Sequence record: ON000910.1
Direction: 5' to 3' (one strand)
Length of the DNA: 64,000 nucleotides
Positions 46,391-55,206 of the stretch are shown one piece after another. The translations under genes and the position numbers were made by a program. A model generated the notes under the pieces. The model had not been told where the DNA came from. It did not search any database and worked only from the letters and a program-made list of their open reading frames with translations. The stretch's first letter is position 1. Each line of letters opens with the position of its first letter.

Positions 46391-47141
46391 CTTCAAGAAT
46401 ATTCAAATTATATTTCGGCTTCATGTAATGACTCATGTTTGCACAAATGAAATCACATGCCCAATTCTTAGTAAGCCGTGTAATTGTCTTCTTCAACGCA
46501 TGATTCCACGCATTCAACGGCATCATTCCGTGAACAATGTATCGTTCAATTGCGATTACCGAAATTTCTTCGTGGAATAAATTGATCTTGTCTTCGAACG
46601 ACAATTGTTCGAACTTCTCTTTACTGACTAAAACATCACAGCCGTCTTTGAGAATTTTCTCATACAACGGGCGGTTAGGTGCTGCGACCATTCGATGAAG
46701 CTCATCATGTTCATACACGTATCGAACTTTGTCATTAAAGAAGTCGTCTGCGTCTTTGTTCAAACACAGATAATCTTTATTGCCAAGCTCTTTTCGCCAG
46801 TGATTCGTCAACGCCGCGTATAGCTCAGGCTTGATTTTGCAGAATCGCGATAAAGCAATAACATCACGCTTATGCTTGTCCCACAACGTCGAACCACCAA
46901 ACTGACTATACCCGACTTTATGTTCATCCCAACCAAGATGGCTGCACTTAATCGTATATATTTCATCAGCAGTTGCTATATCACCGTCGAACATCTGCAA
47001 TATCTCGACGGGCATGACAATGAAATCATCCCCGTCGTTAGCCGAGTCGGGAGAGTCTACGAATACATCTAGGTCTTTAATGGTATTACGCAGTCGAATA
47101 CCATTATGATGCAACGCAGTTGACCCGACAACAATACGCAT
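46380..47141 (-). CDS. Nucleotidyltransferase-fold-like phage protein
   Basis: VVGSTA...KDLDV (GS..DxD). Confidence 0.55.
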   Translation of the reverse strand: MRIVVGSTALHHNGIRLRNTIKDLDVFVDSPDSANDGDDFIVMPVEILQMFDGDIATADEIYTIKCSHLGWDEHKVGYSQFGGSTLWDKHKRDVIALSRFCKIKPELYAALTNHWRKELGNKDYLCLNKDADDFFNDKVRYVYEHDELHRMVAAPNRPLYEKILKDGCDVLVSKEKFEQLSFEDKINLFHEEISVIAIERYIVHGMMPLNAWNHALKKTITRLTKNWACDFICANMSHYMKPKYNLNILEEKG

Positions 47142-47143
47142 TA

Positions 47144-47437
47144 CTAAGGAGTGCTCGTGAATTGAGTTATCGTAACTTGCTTTGGGTATACTTCAACGAA
47201 GTGATCCCCGTAGTTATCGTAACCGTGGTAGCTGTAGTAGCTGTATTCAGTCTTGAAATAGCGATCAGCTTTCTTCAAGATAGTGTAACAGTACTCAGAG
47301 CCGCCTTCACCCCCACCATCTTGTTCAACGAACTCGACACCCGGGTATTCACCATCACCGTCTAACAGAAAGTCAAGATAATCCGTATCGTCGTAGTCTT
47401 CACCAAGAATTTCTTCAAATGTATAACGATTTGTCAT
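47144..47437 (-). CDS. Small acidic hypothetical protein
   Basis: DGGGEGGSEYCY motif; D/E/Y-rich. Confidence 0.7.
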   Translation of the reverse strand: MTNRYTFEEILGEDYDDTDYLDFLLDGDGEYPGVEFVEQDGGGEGGSEYCYTILKKADRYFKTEYSYYSYHGYDNYGDHFVEVYPKQVTITQFTSTP

Positions 47438-47758
47438 TTATTTCACCATTTTTTCAGTTTTTGCTTTGTGTTCGTTTTCTTTTCGCTCCCATTTGGCGAG
47501 CTTGTTTCGAACAACGTTCATGATTTCTGCTTCAGTGATGTTCGGGTTATCAACGTAAATCAGATCAACAAGACACAAAATCCCGTCTACTGCTTCACCT
47601 AGAATGCCGTCAACGTCAGCGTTTTTGTACGACGTACCGTACTTGACGCGAACTTCAGTTGCTAGTTCGCCTACTTCTTCAACAACGCTCATGTGAACGT
47701 CTTTTACTGTTCGACCGTTGTCGATTCGCTTACTCGAAGCTAGAATTTCATTGATCAT
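47438..47758 (-). CDS. MazG-like nucleotide pyrophosphohydrolase
   Basis: EEVGELA...GEAVD. Confidence 0.8.
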   Translation of the reverse strand: MINEILASSKRIDNGRTVKDVHMSVVEEVGELATEVRVKYGTSYKNADVDGILGEAVDGILCLVDLIYVDNPNITEAEIMNVVRNKLAKWERKENEHKAKTEKMVK

Positions 47759-48045
47759 AGAGTATTCAACACATCAACAATTTGAATTTTTTCAACAGTG
47801 TGAAATCCGTATTCACAGTAAGGCATCTGTTCAGAAATGAACTGAATATCATCTTCACTGAACTCAGGGTATACTTCTGAGTTCGGACGCTCTTGACATT
47901 CGCCTTCTGTCCAACTCGCCAGAGAATCACCAGAAAGATGTACGAGCGTTTCAAATCGCTCAACTTCTTCACTCGATGCCGGTTTCAAATCGCCAACGTA
48001 ATCACCATCATTGGTGTCAACTTCTACGTAAATATGTAACGCCAT
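47755..48045 (-). CDS. Acidic hypothetical protein
   Basis: Likely start MALHIYVEVDTND at 48045. Confidence 0.65.
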   Translation of the reverse strand: MALHIYVEVDTNDGDYVGDLKPASSEEVERFETLVHLSGDSLASWTEGECQERPNSEVYPEFSEDDIQFISEQMPYCEYGFHTVEKIQIVDVLNTL

Positions 48046-48275
48046 TACAAATTCCTCATTATTGTGCCTATTAAAGCGAAAACAATCGCCGAGATGATCA
48101 ATACAACCCACCCAGCGACTGTATGACCCGAAATGATGAGCCATGCACCGAAGATAAGCCCGCCAACTGACAATCCGAGAATAACCAACATTGCGACGAT
48201 ACCGAACGCAATCAATGTCAACAACCCCGTTACGAACTCACCTAAGTTCATGTTACTCACCAATTTCAAAGTCAA
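48045..48275 (-). CDS. Small membrane protein
   Basis: Almost entirely hydrophobic. Confidence 0.6.
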   Translation of the reverse strand: MTLKLVSNMNLGEFVTGLLTLIAFGIVAMLVILGLSVGGLIFGAWLIISGHTVAGWVVLIISAIVFALIGTIMRNL

Positions 48276-48447
48276 AAAGATAGTGAATCTTGCCGTCAGT
48301 TAGCGAATCGCCGATGAGCGGGTCGTTAGCTGCAACAACTTTGCTGTACGGAAGTTTGATAAGCTCACCGTCGATTGTGTCAATTCGCTCAATTACAATG
48401 ATCGGCGTACCTGTTTTCAGTTCAAAATAATCTGTTTTACTAATCAC
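48253..48447 (-). CDS. Hypothetical protein
   Basis: ORF coupled to td. Confidence 0.55.
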   Translation of the reverse strand: MISKTDYFELKTGTPIIVIERIDTIDGELIKLPYSKVVAANDPLIGDSLTDGKIHYLFDFEIGE

Positions 48448-49346
48448 GACATTTTACCTTTTAGGGTTGGGTATGGGTCATAGTCATATACGCGAAAATC
48501 ACTTGCGCGTTTAGTTAACAACTGTGACAACGTTTCAAATTCAGGAAGTTCAATCTGAGGTAGCGCACGCGGCGTACGTCTCATTTGCTTCATTACTTGT
48601 ATTAGATGATCTTCATAAATGTGAACATCACCACCAGAGAAAATCAATTCACCGACACCTAAGCCAGTCAATCTAGCTAGTATATGCACTAGCAAAGCAT
48701 ACGATGCGATATTGAACGGTAGACCTAAGAATGTGTCAACTGAACGCTGATTCCATTTCAAGCTGATCTTACCATTACGCACGAACACTTGAAAGCCGTA
48801 ATGACATGGCGGTAGAGCTACGTCAACTGAGTTACTTTCAGTATGGAAGTACGGGTCCCATGCTTCAACAAGCATACGACGTTGCGCACTTTGCGTCGGG
48901 TCTTCATTAACCGCTGCAATATCGCACAGCAATTGATGAATCTGGTCAAACTCAACAATTTCTCGCTCTGCATTTACAGATAGACGTTTACGCCACACTT
49001 TGCCATAGACATAACCAAGGTCGTCTTCATTGCGAACAATACCTGCTTCTTTCGCACGCTCGTTCAGCTCGTCGAGATTTTGTTGCCAGATACAGAAATC
49101 TTCGTCTGATAATTCAGTGTATTTTCTCAGTTCAGAAATCGAACCTGAACCGCTCAAGAACCATAGCAACTCACCGAAAATAGCTCTTGTCGCCATTTTC
49201 TTAGTCGTTAGCAACGGGAAACCTTTTTCTAAGTCCCATCGAAGCTCACGCGAAACAACACTAACAGTATTCGTGCCTGTTCTATTCTCAAGAAAATCAC
49301 CATTTTCTAGAATATCTTTACAAAGTTCCAAGTAGTTTTTCATCAA
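48444..49346 (-). CDS. td: Thymidylate synthase (intron-free)
   Basis: RTGT, GFPLLTTK, LPPCH, QRSVD.FLGLPFNIASY. Confidence 0.97.
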   Translation of the reverse strand: MMKNYLELCKDILENGDFLENRTGTNTVSVVSRELRWDLEKGFPLLTTKKMATRAIFGELLWFLSGSGSISELRKYTELSDEDFCIWQQNLDELNERAKEAGIVRNEDDLGYVYGKVWRKRLSVNAEREIVEFDQIHQLLCDIAAVNEDPTQSAQRRMLVEAWDPYFHTESNSVDVALPPCHYGFQVFVRNGKISLKWNQRSVDTFLGLPFNIASYALLVHILARLTGLGVGELIFSGGDVHIYEDHLIQVMKQMRRTPRALPQIELPEFETLSQLLTKRASDFRVYDYDPYPTLKGKMS

Positions 49347-49352
49347 TTACCT

Positions 49353-49556
49353 TTAAAAATCATCGTCCCATACTGCTTGCACGGGAGTACATTGCATCAA
49401 CTGACCGTCAATTTCATAAGTCTCTGATTGCGGTTGAGTACTGTAAGATGTAGGTTGTTCAGCCTCAAACAACGTACCAGCAGCTACCGACGCTAGAATC
49501 CCTAGAATCGCAATCAAAACAATCAATTCGATCAGAGTAAAACCTTTAGATTTCAT
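49353..49556 (-). CDS. Type IV prepilin-like small protein
   Basis: MKSKG/FTLIELIVLIAILGILA: class III signal peptide with Glu at +5. Confidence 0.85.
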   Translation of the reverse strand: MKSKGFTLIELIVLIAILGILASVAAGTLFEAEQPTSYSTQPQSETYEIDGQLMQCTPVQAVWDDDF

Positions 49557-49592
49557 GATATTACACTCACAAAGTTAGTTAATAAACAGTTT

Positions 49593-49823
49593 TTACGGCA
49601 GTTTGCTCGTTTTGCGTGCTTGCTTTGCCGTTTCAGGTAGTTTCACTTCAAAGTGCTCTGCTTGTGAAACGTACAATACGCGCTCTGCAAGTAATTCACC
49701 GTTCTCGTAAACAGTCGTAATGAATTCAGGACCAGAAGAGCTATTTTTAACATCAACACCTGGTTTTGTCATTAGCTCTTCAAAGCGAGTCGCAGTAGTC
49801 AATTTAAGATTTAAGTTATCCAT
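49593..49823 (-). CDS. Hypothetical protein
   Basis: ORF in the operon. Confidence 0.6.
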   Translation of the reverse strand: MDNLNLKLTTATRFEELMTKPGVDVKNSSSGPEFITTVYENGELLAERVLYVSQAEHFEVKLPETAKQARKTSKLP

Positions 49824-50259
49824 GATGAGAATGAAACCCCTCTAAGTATTTTGCAAGTTCATATGTTCGACCGTATTTGTAGAACATATCTGAATCAAAG
49901 TCGCGACGCTTTAGACCTTCGCCGATCTTACGCAGTTCACGCCATTCTTTCATTTCGGCTTGAACTTGCATTAGCGTGTCATCGCCAATGAATGCTACAC
50001 CTGTTAGTGAGTGATGTAAACCTTCTTCTTGAAAAAATGTAATGTCTTCAACAACACCCATTTCACGAATTGTCTCTTCGATTTCTTCAAGATGGTCATG
50101 ACTAGCCGCTGACAGAACACAAATCGTCTCGTGATCATTCAGCCACTTATTGAAAACTGGGTTATCTGCTTTACGCGCAAGACGTAGAAGCGCATGTGCA
50201 CCTTGAATACCAGCTTGAATACCTTTACAATAGCGATTTACAAATACGTAACCTTTCAA
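49816..50259 (-). CDS. Peptidyl-tRNA hydrolase II-like protein
   Basis: GIQAGIQGAHA, W..DHETICVL, F.EEGL..SLTGVA. Confidence 0.55.
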   Translation of the reverse strand: MKGYVFVNRYCKGIQAGIQGAHALLRLARKADNPVFNKWLNDHETICVLSAASHDHLEEIEETIREMGVVEDITFFQEEGLHHSLTGVAFIGDDTLMQVQAEMKEWRELRKIGEGLKRRDFDSDMFYKYGRTYELAKYLEGFHSHHG

Positions 50260-50501
50260 ATCTTTTCCTCACAATACATAAAGCCATGAGCGTTTCTAGT
50301 TAATTCACTCACAACTGTGCCATTAATCATGTCGATGTTCACAGTGTTCAATTGAACTTCATTACCTGCGTCATCAACAAGTCGTAGAAAATCACCACGT
50401 GCCCATAGACACGGTGCAATATCAACCAACTGACCAAAAAAGCTCTCTTGGTCTAGTCTTTCAGTGACCTCGATATAGTCACCAAGTCTAATTTGCTTCA
50501 T
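50256..50501 (-). CDS. Hypothetical protein
   Basis: ORF in the operon. Confidence 0.6.
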   Translation of the reverse strand: MKQIRLGDYIEVTERLDQESFFGQLVDIAPCLWARGDFLRLVDDAGNEVQLNTVNIDMINGTVVSELTRNAHGFMYCEEKI

Positions 50502-50886
50502 TTTGCTTTCTGCTTATATCAATCAAAAAGAATTTATCATGGTTTTGCTTATTTTCATTACGATATATCGTCGTAATCAAAATACAACCTTTAATTCCCT
50601 TCTCAAATATTATGTAAATATCTTCACGCTTGATAGCAAGCTCACGCTTTTCAGCACTGTAATACCAATACAGAACTTCACCTAAGTGCTTGTTTACTGT
50701 ATGATACAGCATTCTACGCAATGTTGAATGTTCAGCAGCACAGAATCGGTCATATACTCGATGTGTGAAGTGTTTCTTCATCACAAAGTCAACAGTCCCG
50801 ACTAAGCCACGCTGCTTCTCAATCGCGTAATTGTTGAATTCAAATGAAAATCTTTTCCATTTGTACATGAACGAATGCAAATTCAT
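50488..50886 (-). CDS. Hypothetical protein
   Basis: HF..RV.DR...LITTIY pattern. Confidence 0.6.
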   Translation of the reverse strand: MNLHSFMYKWKRFSFEFNNYAIEKQRGLVGTVDFVMKKHFTHRVYDRFCAAEHSTLRRMLYHTVNKHLGEVLYWYYSAEKRELAIKREDIYIIFEKGIKGCILITTIYRNENKQNHDKFFLIDISRKQNEAN

Positions 50887-51020
50887 AACGTTTTTTCAAA
50901 CTCATTGATTTGCGAATTAAGCTCTTCGCGAGTACGAGCAACTAAAACAGTACCGTCTTTGTATGTCGCGATGAACTGAGCTTTCTTTTCGATTGTCCAA
51001 TCTAAGCGATTCGTTGTCAT
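50883..51020 (-). CDS. Small early protein (45 aa)
   Basis: Start at 51020, after the promoter leader. Confidence 0.6.
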   Translation of the reverse strand: MTTNRLDWTIEKKAQFIATYKDGTVLVARTREELNSQINEFEKTL

Positions 51021-51036
51021 AATATTGTTCTCTTTT

Positions 51037-51081
51037 CGTTGTCGATGTGAGTATATTACACAAGTCACATCGACAACGCAA
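51037..51081 (-). promoter_or_regulatory. Early promoter with a 14-bp perfect inverted repeat around the -10
   Basis: TTGCGT-17-TAATAT; CGTTGTCGATGTGA (51037-51050) / TCACATCGACAACG (51065-51078). Confidence 0.7.
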
Positions 51082-51088
51082 CCACTTT

Positions 51089-51250
51089 TTACATATTTTC
51101 TGTAATTCTGAAAATATTAATCAGTGGGTATTTGTAAACCATACCGTCTTTCATCATCAAGCAGTAAAGACCGTCTTTGGTGTAAGCGTTCTTTACATTA
51201 TCATGAACAACTGGCTTGGCTTGTGATAGTAAATGTACAGCAATCATCAT
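51089..51250 (-). CDS. Small hypothetical protein (53 aa, not in the ORF track)
   Basis: MMIAVHLLSQAKPV...; ATGA overlap with the dexA stop. Confidence 0.6.
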   Translation of the reverse strand: MMIAVHLLSQAKPVVHDNVKNAYTKDGLYCLMMKDGMVYKYPLINIFRITENM

Positions 51251-51939
51251 AGTAGCCCAAGTTCCTCTTTCTCTTCGTCAGTGAAATCAACCGATACTTC
51301 ATGACATTCCATTTTCTCGGGTAGTTCTTCTAAATCAAGTGCGTAACGCGCTGCCATGATAAGCATCATTGCATCTTTCGCACAGTCGTGTACGCCGTTG
51401 TGGTGAATGAAACCTGGCATTGCGTCACGACGAATTGGCACTTTACACATGTCACGTTGTAACATCAATGCTTCAATACGAGTACGAACATCACGGAATT
51501 TCCAGAATCGTTCGATGACTGCATGACGCAAGCCGCTGTACTTGAAGCAATCTGCCATTAACGGGATATCGTAGTTATTACCGCGACAGTACAAGTGTGA
51601 ACGACCGTCGTAGCGAGTGTTTTCTTCGATCCACTCAATGAACAACTTGTGACCTTCTTCAACCGACACGTCTTCTGCGCTAGGTATTAGAATTTCTTTC
51701 GCTTCTTTTGATTGCTCAGACCACCATTGCACAGTAGCTTTGTTAATGCTTCGCTTACCTTTCTGAGTTTTGATCTCAAACTTGCAACGAAAAGAGTTTT
51801 TCACAAGCTCTTGGTAGTCAGGGACTTTCGTAAAATCGTGCTCGAATTCAACTGCACCTAGTTCAATAACCGCAGCGTCAGGGGTCACGTCGAACCCCTC
51901 ATAGTCAATCAGTATGTCGTAAATGGGTTTATCATTCAT
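51247..51939 (-). CDS. dexA: Exonuclease A
   Basis: LIDYEG, YCRGNNYDIP, WKFRDVRT, HNGVHDCAKD. Confidence 0.88.
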   Translation of the reverse strand: MNDKPIYDILIDYEGFDVTPDAAVIELGAVEFEHDFTKVPDYQELVKNSFRCKFEIKTQKGKRSINKATVQWWSEQSKEAKEILIPSAEDVSVEEGHKLFIEWIEENTRYDGRSHLYCRGNNYDIPLMADCFKYSGLRHAVIERFWKFRDVRTRIEALMLQRDMCKVPIRRDAMPGFIHHNGVHDCAKDAMMLIMAARYALDLEELPEKMECHEVSVDFTDEEKEELGLL

Positions 51940-52178
51940 GATATTTCTCTCTTCACATTTAGTAAATCATGCAGCAATTCAAGCTTGCTTTCGATTTTGT
52001 GTTGTTGATCTTGAATCTGACCAAGAGTCGCTTTACGAGCATTGATCATCTTCTCTTTTTCTTCTTGATCGCGTGCAACATCGAGACGAAGCGCACTTTC
52101 TACGCGCTCGTCTGTCAGAATTATACGCATTGAATTTAGAATGCGGTCAGTATCCAACAAATCATCTTCATTTGACAT
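51936..52178 (-). CDS. Hypothetical coiled-coil protein
   Basis: ORF in the operon. Confidence 0.65.
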   Translation of the reverse strand: MSNEDDLLDTDRILNSMRIILTDERVESALRLDVARDQEEKEKMINARKATLGQIQDQQHKIESKLELLHDLLNVKREIS

Positions 52179-52777
52179 TATTTCACCCCGCTACCGCCAA
52201 ACCCACGAGCACCGCGGTCAGTTTTTTTGTCAAAAGTATCAACTTCTTCAAACTGCACGTTTTTCACGTAAGTATGGAAAATCAATTGACAGATACGATC
52301 ACCGCGCTCAATATGCAGCACATCGTCGCCTTCGTTGCGAATCTTGATCATGATTTCGCCTTGATAGTTCGCGTCGATAATCCCGATTGTGTTTGCTAGA
52401 CGCAAGAAGTGCTTGAACCCAAGACCACTGCGCGGTGCAATCGCGCCGTATACACCAATCTCATCAGCATAATGAGGAAATCCAAACGAGTTTTTATGTG
52501 CGAAATAACGCATAATACGTCGAAATGCTTCAAATGTATTGCTCAAATTCACATTATTTTGATGAATCGAGTGAGAACCAATATGAATCTTGACACCAGA
52601 CGGGATAACGACTGAATCACCCGGTTGTAGCTCGATTGACTCTTCAATTGCAGCACGCAGATCAATACCCGCGTCATCTGGGTCTTTCACACCAATTGGC
52701 TCAATTGCTTTTAGACCAAGTTCTTTGTTTTCTTTGTAGTGAGGCAGGTAAATAATCTTCATTAAATTTTCTTCCAT
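52178..52777 (-). CDS. dut: Trimeric dUTPase
   Basis: DAGIDLRA, PRSGLG, GIIDANYQGE, GDRICQL, RGARGFGGSG. Confidence 0.93.
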   Translation of the reverse strand: MEENLMKIIYLPHYKENKELGLKAIEPIGVKDPDDAGIDLRAAIEESIELQPGDSVVIPSGVKIHIGSHSIHQNNVNLSNTFEAFRRIMRYFAHKNSFGFPHYADEIGVYGAIAPRSGLGFKHFLRLANTIGIIDANYQGEIMIKIRNEGDDVLHIERGDRICQLIFHTYVKNVQFEEVDTFDKKTDRGARGFGGSGVK

Positions 52778-53820
52778 CTGTTAAGTCGATTTGTAGCCAT
52801 TAGACCGCTAACGGCATTTTCATAAATGTATTGCTGAATGAACTCAGCAGATACACCAGCTTTGACAAAATCATTGATGTCTTTCTTATCAATAATTTGA
52901 GGTGGGAGCTTATCCCAAATAACAACACGCTCACCCGCTCTGATTAGAACTTGAAGACGCTTTACAACGTCTGGGTGGCGAGGCTCATTATCAAGCGCCC
53001 AAATGCGATTCCCCGCATAGGGTGCATTTTGTGGACTGACTTGTCCACCTACTATAGCACAGCAATTGTAGAGGAATAAACTATCAATCGGGCCCTCAAC
53101 GAAAATAACAGGGTCATCTTCATTGATACGCTCTGTGCCGTATATCTTGTTGAAATCGTCGTCAATTTTAATGGTCATGTATCGTTGAGCATGTTTGTTT
53201 GTCAACGCACGACCTTGAACAGCAATCAAACCTTCTTTGTTATAGATAGGTATTACCAATCGAGGGTGGTCATTTCTAATCTCACCTTCGTACAAATCTG
53301 GGCGAAGCGTCTTAGCCATTTGAGACCAGCCACGAGTAAACCCAAGCAAATGCCACTTGTCTTTAGGGATTTTTCTAGATTCGAGGTATTTGTGCATCAC
53401 ATGACCATCTTTAAGGGCAGTGATATTATAGAAAAGTTGCTCTTCTTGTTCTTTCTCAACGACAGTCGCTTCTTTCTTTTCAACGACTGGTTCAGGTTCG
53501 CGTTCTTTACGCTCACGAGAATTGCGCTCTTTGAATAACTCGACGCGATACTGAGAAAACAACGATGGTTCGTGATCTTTCAAAAAAGTATACAGCGATT
53601 CGTTATAGTCACAGTTCCAGCAACTACAACGTAAATGAATCTCACCAGAACGTGTCTTAACTTCATTAATCCAGAAACGTGTCTTGTACTTGTTCTTTTT
53701 CGAGTCACCACAAATCGGGCATCTTGCATTGATTTTGAATGGACGATGACTATGCACCGTAGGGAGTAGTAATCGATGCTGAAGCATCTTGGCGTATTGT
53801 ATATCAATCAATATTTGCAT
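52762..53820 (-). CDS. 61: DNA primase
   Basis: RCPICGDSKK, CWNC, VEGPIDSLF, KDINDF. Confidence 0.96.
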   Translation of the reverse strand: MQILIDIQYAKMLQHRLLLPTVHSHRPFKINARCPICGDSKKNKYKTRFWINEVKTRSGEIHLRCSCWNCDYNESLYTFLKDHEPSLFSQYRVELFKERNSRERKEREPEPVVEKKEATVVEKEQEEQLFYNITALKDGHVMHKYLESRKIPKDKWHLLGFTRGWSQMAKTLRPDLYEGEIRNDHPRLVIPIYNKEGLIAVQGRALTNKHAQRYMTIKIDDDFNKIYGTERINEDDPVIFVEGPIDSLFLYNCCAIVGGQVSPQNAPYAGNRIWALDNEPRHPDVVKRLQVLIRAGERVVIWDKLPPQIIDKKDINDFVKAGVSAEFIQQYIYENAVSGLMATNRLNRWKKI

Positions 53821-53871
53821 AATTCAACCTCCGTGTAGTGATTATACACGGCATCACGATACGATAAACAT

Positions 53872-53897
53872 AAAAAAGCCCCGTTTCCGAGGCGTTT
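53872..53897 (-). terminator. Terminator
   Basis: GCCTCG-gaaa-CGGGGC plus T-run; followed by a GTTTATC-16-TATAAT promoter (53841-53869). Confidence 0.7.
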
Positions 53898-53899
53898 TA

Positions 53900-54379
53900 T
53901 TATTCGAAATGTCTGAACTTCTTCAGCTTTTTCTTTTTCTTTTTCTTACCGATAGTTTCAGGACCTGCATTAGTTACAGCACCAGTCGTTTCACCAGAAG
54001 CAATCGACTCTGGTGAGCTACTACCGTCACCCGCATCACCTGCAACAACAGCTTCTTCGACTCGAATACACTCTTTCGCGAAATCTTCAGATAACCCGTA
54101 TTCTTTTGCAAGCTCAATCAGCAACAAATAAGACGCGCCATAATCAAGTGCTGTTTTACCACCTGGTAATGCACCAACCATGCGCTTGATATTTCTCACA
54201 GTAACATGAAACATCGTCCAGTTACTTTTCTCTTGTGCAGTTACAGGGTCACGCAACTTCTTACCATCTGCGTCGATGATACCCATTCGATATGCTTCCC
54301 AACGTTCAAAACGAAGATGAAGCAAACGAGACAGACGAAGAGCATAAAAACCATCTGCACCACGTTTAGCTACACTCAT
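53900..54379 (-). CDS. 61.1: Conserved T4-like protein 61.1
   Basis: AYRMGIIDADGK.L..P...EK..WT.FH; position next to 61. Confidence 0.75.
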   Translation of the reverse strand: MSVAKRGADGFYALRLSRLLHLRFERWEAYRMGIIDADGKKLRDPVTAQEKSNWTMFHVTVRNIKRMVGALPGGKTALDYGASYLLLIELAKEYGLSEDFAKECIRVEEAVVAGDAGDGSSSPESIASGETTGAVTNAGPETIGKKKKKKKLKKFRHFE

Positions 54380-55203
54380 TATGCCCCCAAGATTTGCTCA
54401 AGTTGACGATCAAAGATCTTCTCTGCTTCATCAAGTGGTAATGGTACGCTGCGCATGAATTCGTGCAGATTATCTTCGCGAATCAGATTTTCAATAGTAC
54501 TAGATGGTACTTTGTTCTTGACTTCAACGATCTCGAATCGTGTTCCACCTACACGTAGGAAGTGACGACCTAGACGGCGATACTCAGCTACTTTGTTCGC
54601 TTCTACAAATGCAAACACGCGAGTGATACCTTTTTGAATCATAGTCTCTACTTCAGCAAACATCACGCCTTTCGGTGCAACATCGACATCAGAGAACGAT
54701 TCAAATAATTCAACGCGCTCTTGAAGTGATAAAACCTTGTTCTGAGCTTCAGGTACAAACACTTTACCAACAGCACCAACGTGTTCACACGCTTCAGATA
54801 ATGTTTTAGTCAATTCTTTATGACCAACTGAAGGAATGCTTGAATCCACGTCCATGATACACGCAGCGTCAATCGCACACTCATTCACAACGGTTTCATG
54901 TTCGAAGAAATCTTTTTCCGAAACGACAAATAGACCCTCATCAAGTTTAGCTGCAATTGCTTCAGCTTCTTGTTGTTGTTTCTTCATCGTTGCTTCTTCT
55001 TTTTCAGCAGCAGATTCTTTGTCAAACATGGTGATTTTGCCGCGAATTGCGTCTCGAACACGAATGTCCATCATCGGTGTGATGTTCGCCCCGAGTTCTT
55101 TTTTCTTTTGCGTATATAGTTTCTCGATTTCAACTACACCGTCTTTGGTAGTACATTGGTGAACCGACGCAATAAGTTCTTCCAATTTATCTTTGATAGC
55201 CAT
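54379..55203 (-). CDS. Degenerate cytidylyltransferase-like protein
   Basis: PSVGHKEL (P-T-x-G-H-like) and PSSTIENLI (S-A-S/T-K-like). Confidence 0.5.
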   Translation of the reverse strand: MAIKDKLEELIASVHQCTTKDGVVEIEKLYTQKKKELGANITPMMDIRVRDAIRGKITMFDKESAAEKEEATMKKQQQEAEAIAAKLDEGLFVVSEKDFFEHETVVNECAIDAACIMDVDSSIPSVGHKELTKTLSEACEHVGAVGKVFVPEAQNKVLSLQERVELFESFSDVDVAPKGVMFAEVETMIQKGITRVFAFVEANKVAEYRRLGRHFLRVGGTRFEIVEVKNKVPSSTIENLIREDNLHEFMRSVPLPLDEAEKIFDRQLEQILGA

Positions 55204-55206
55204 TAG

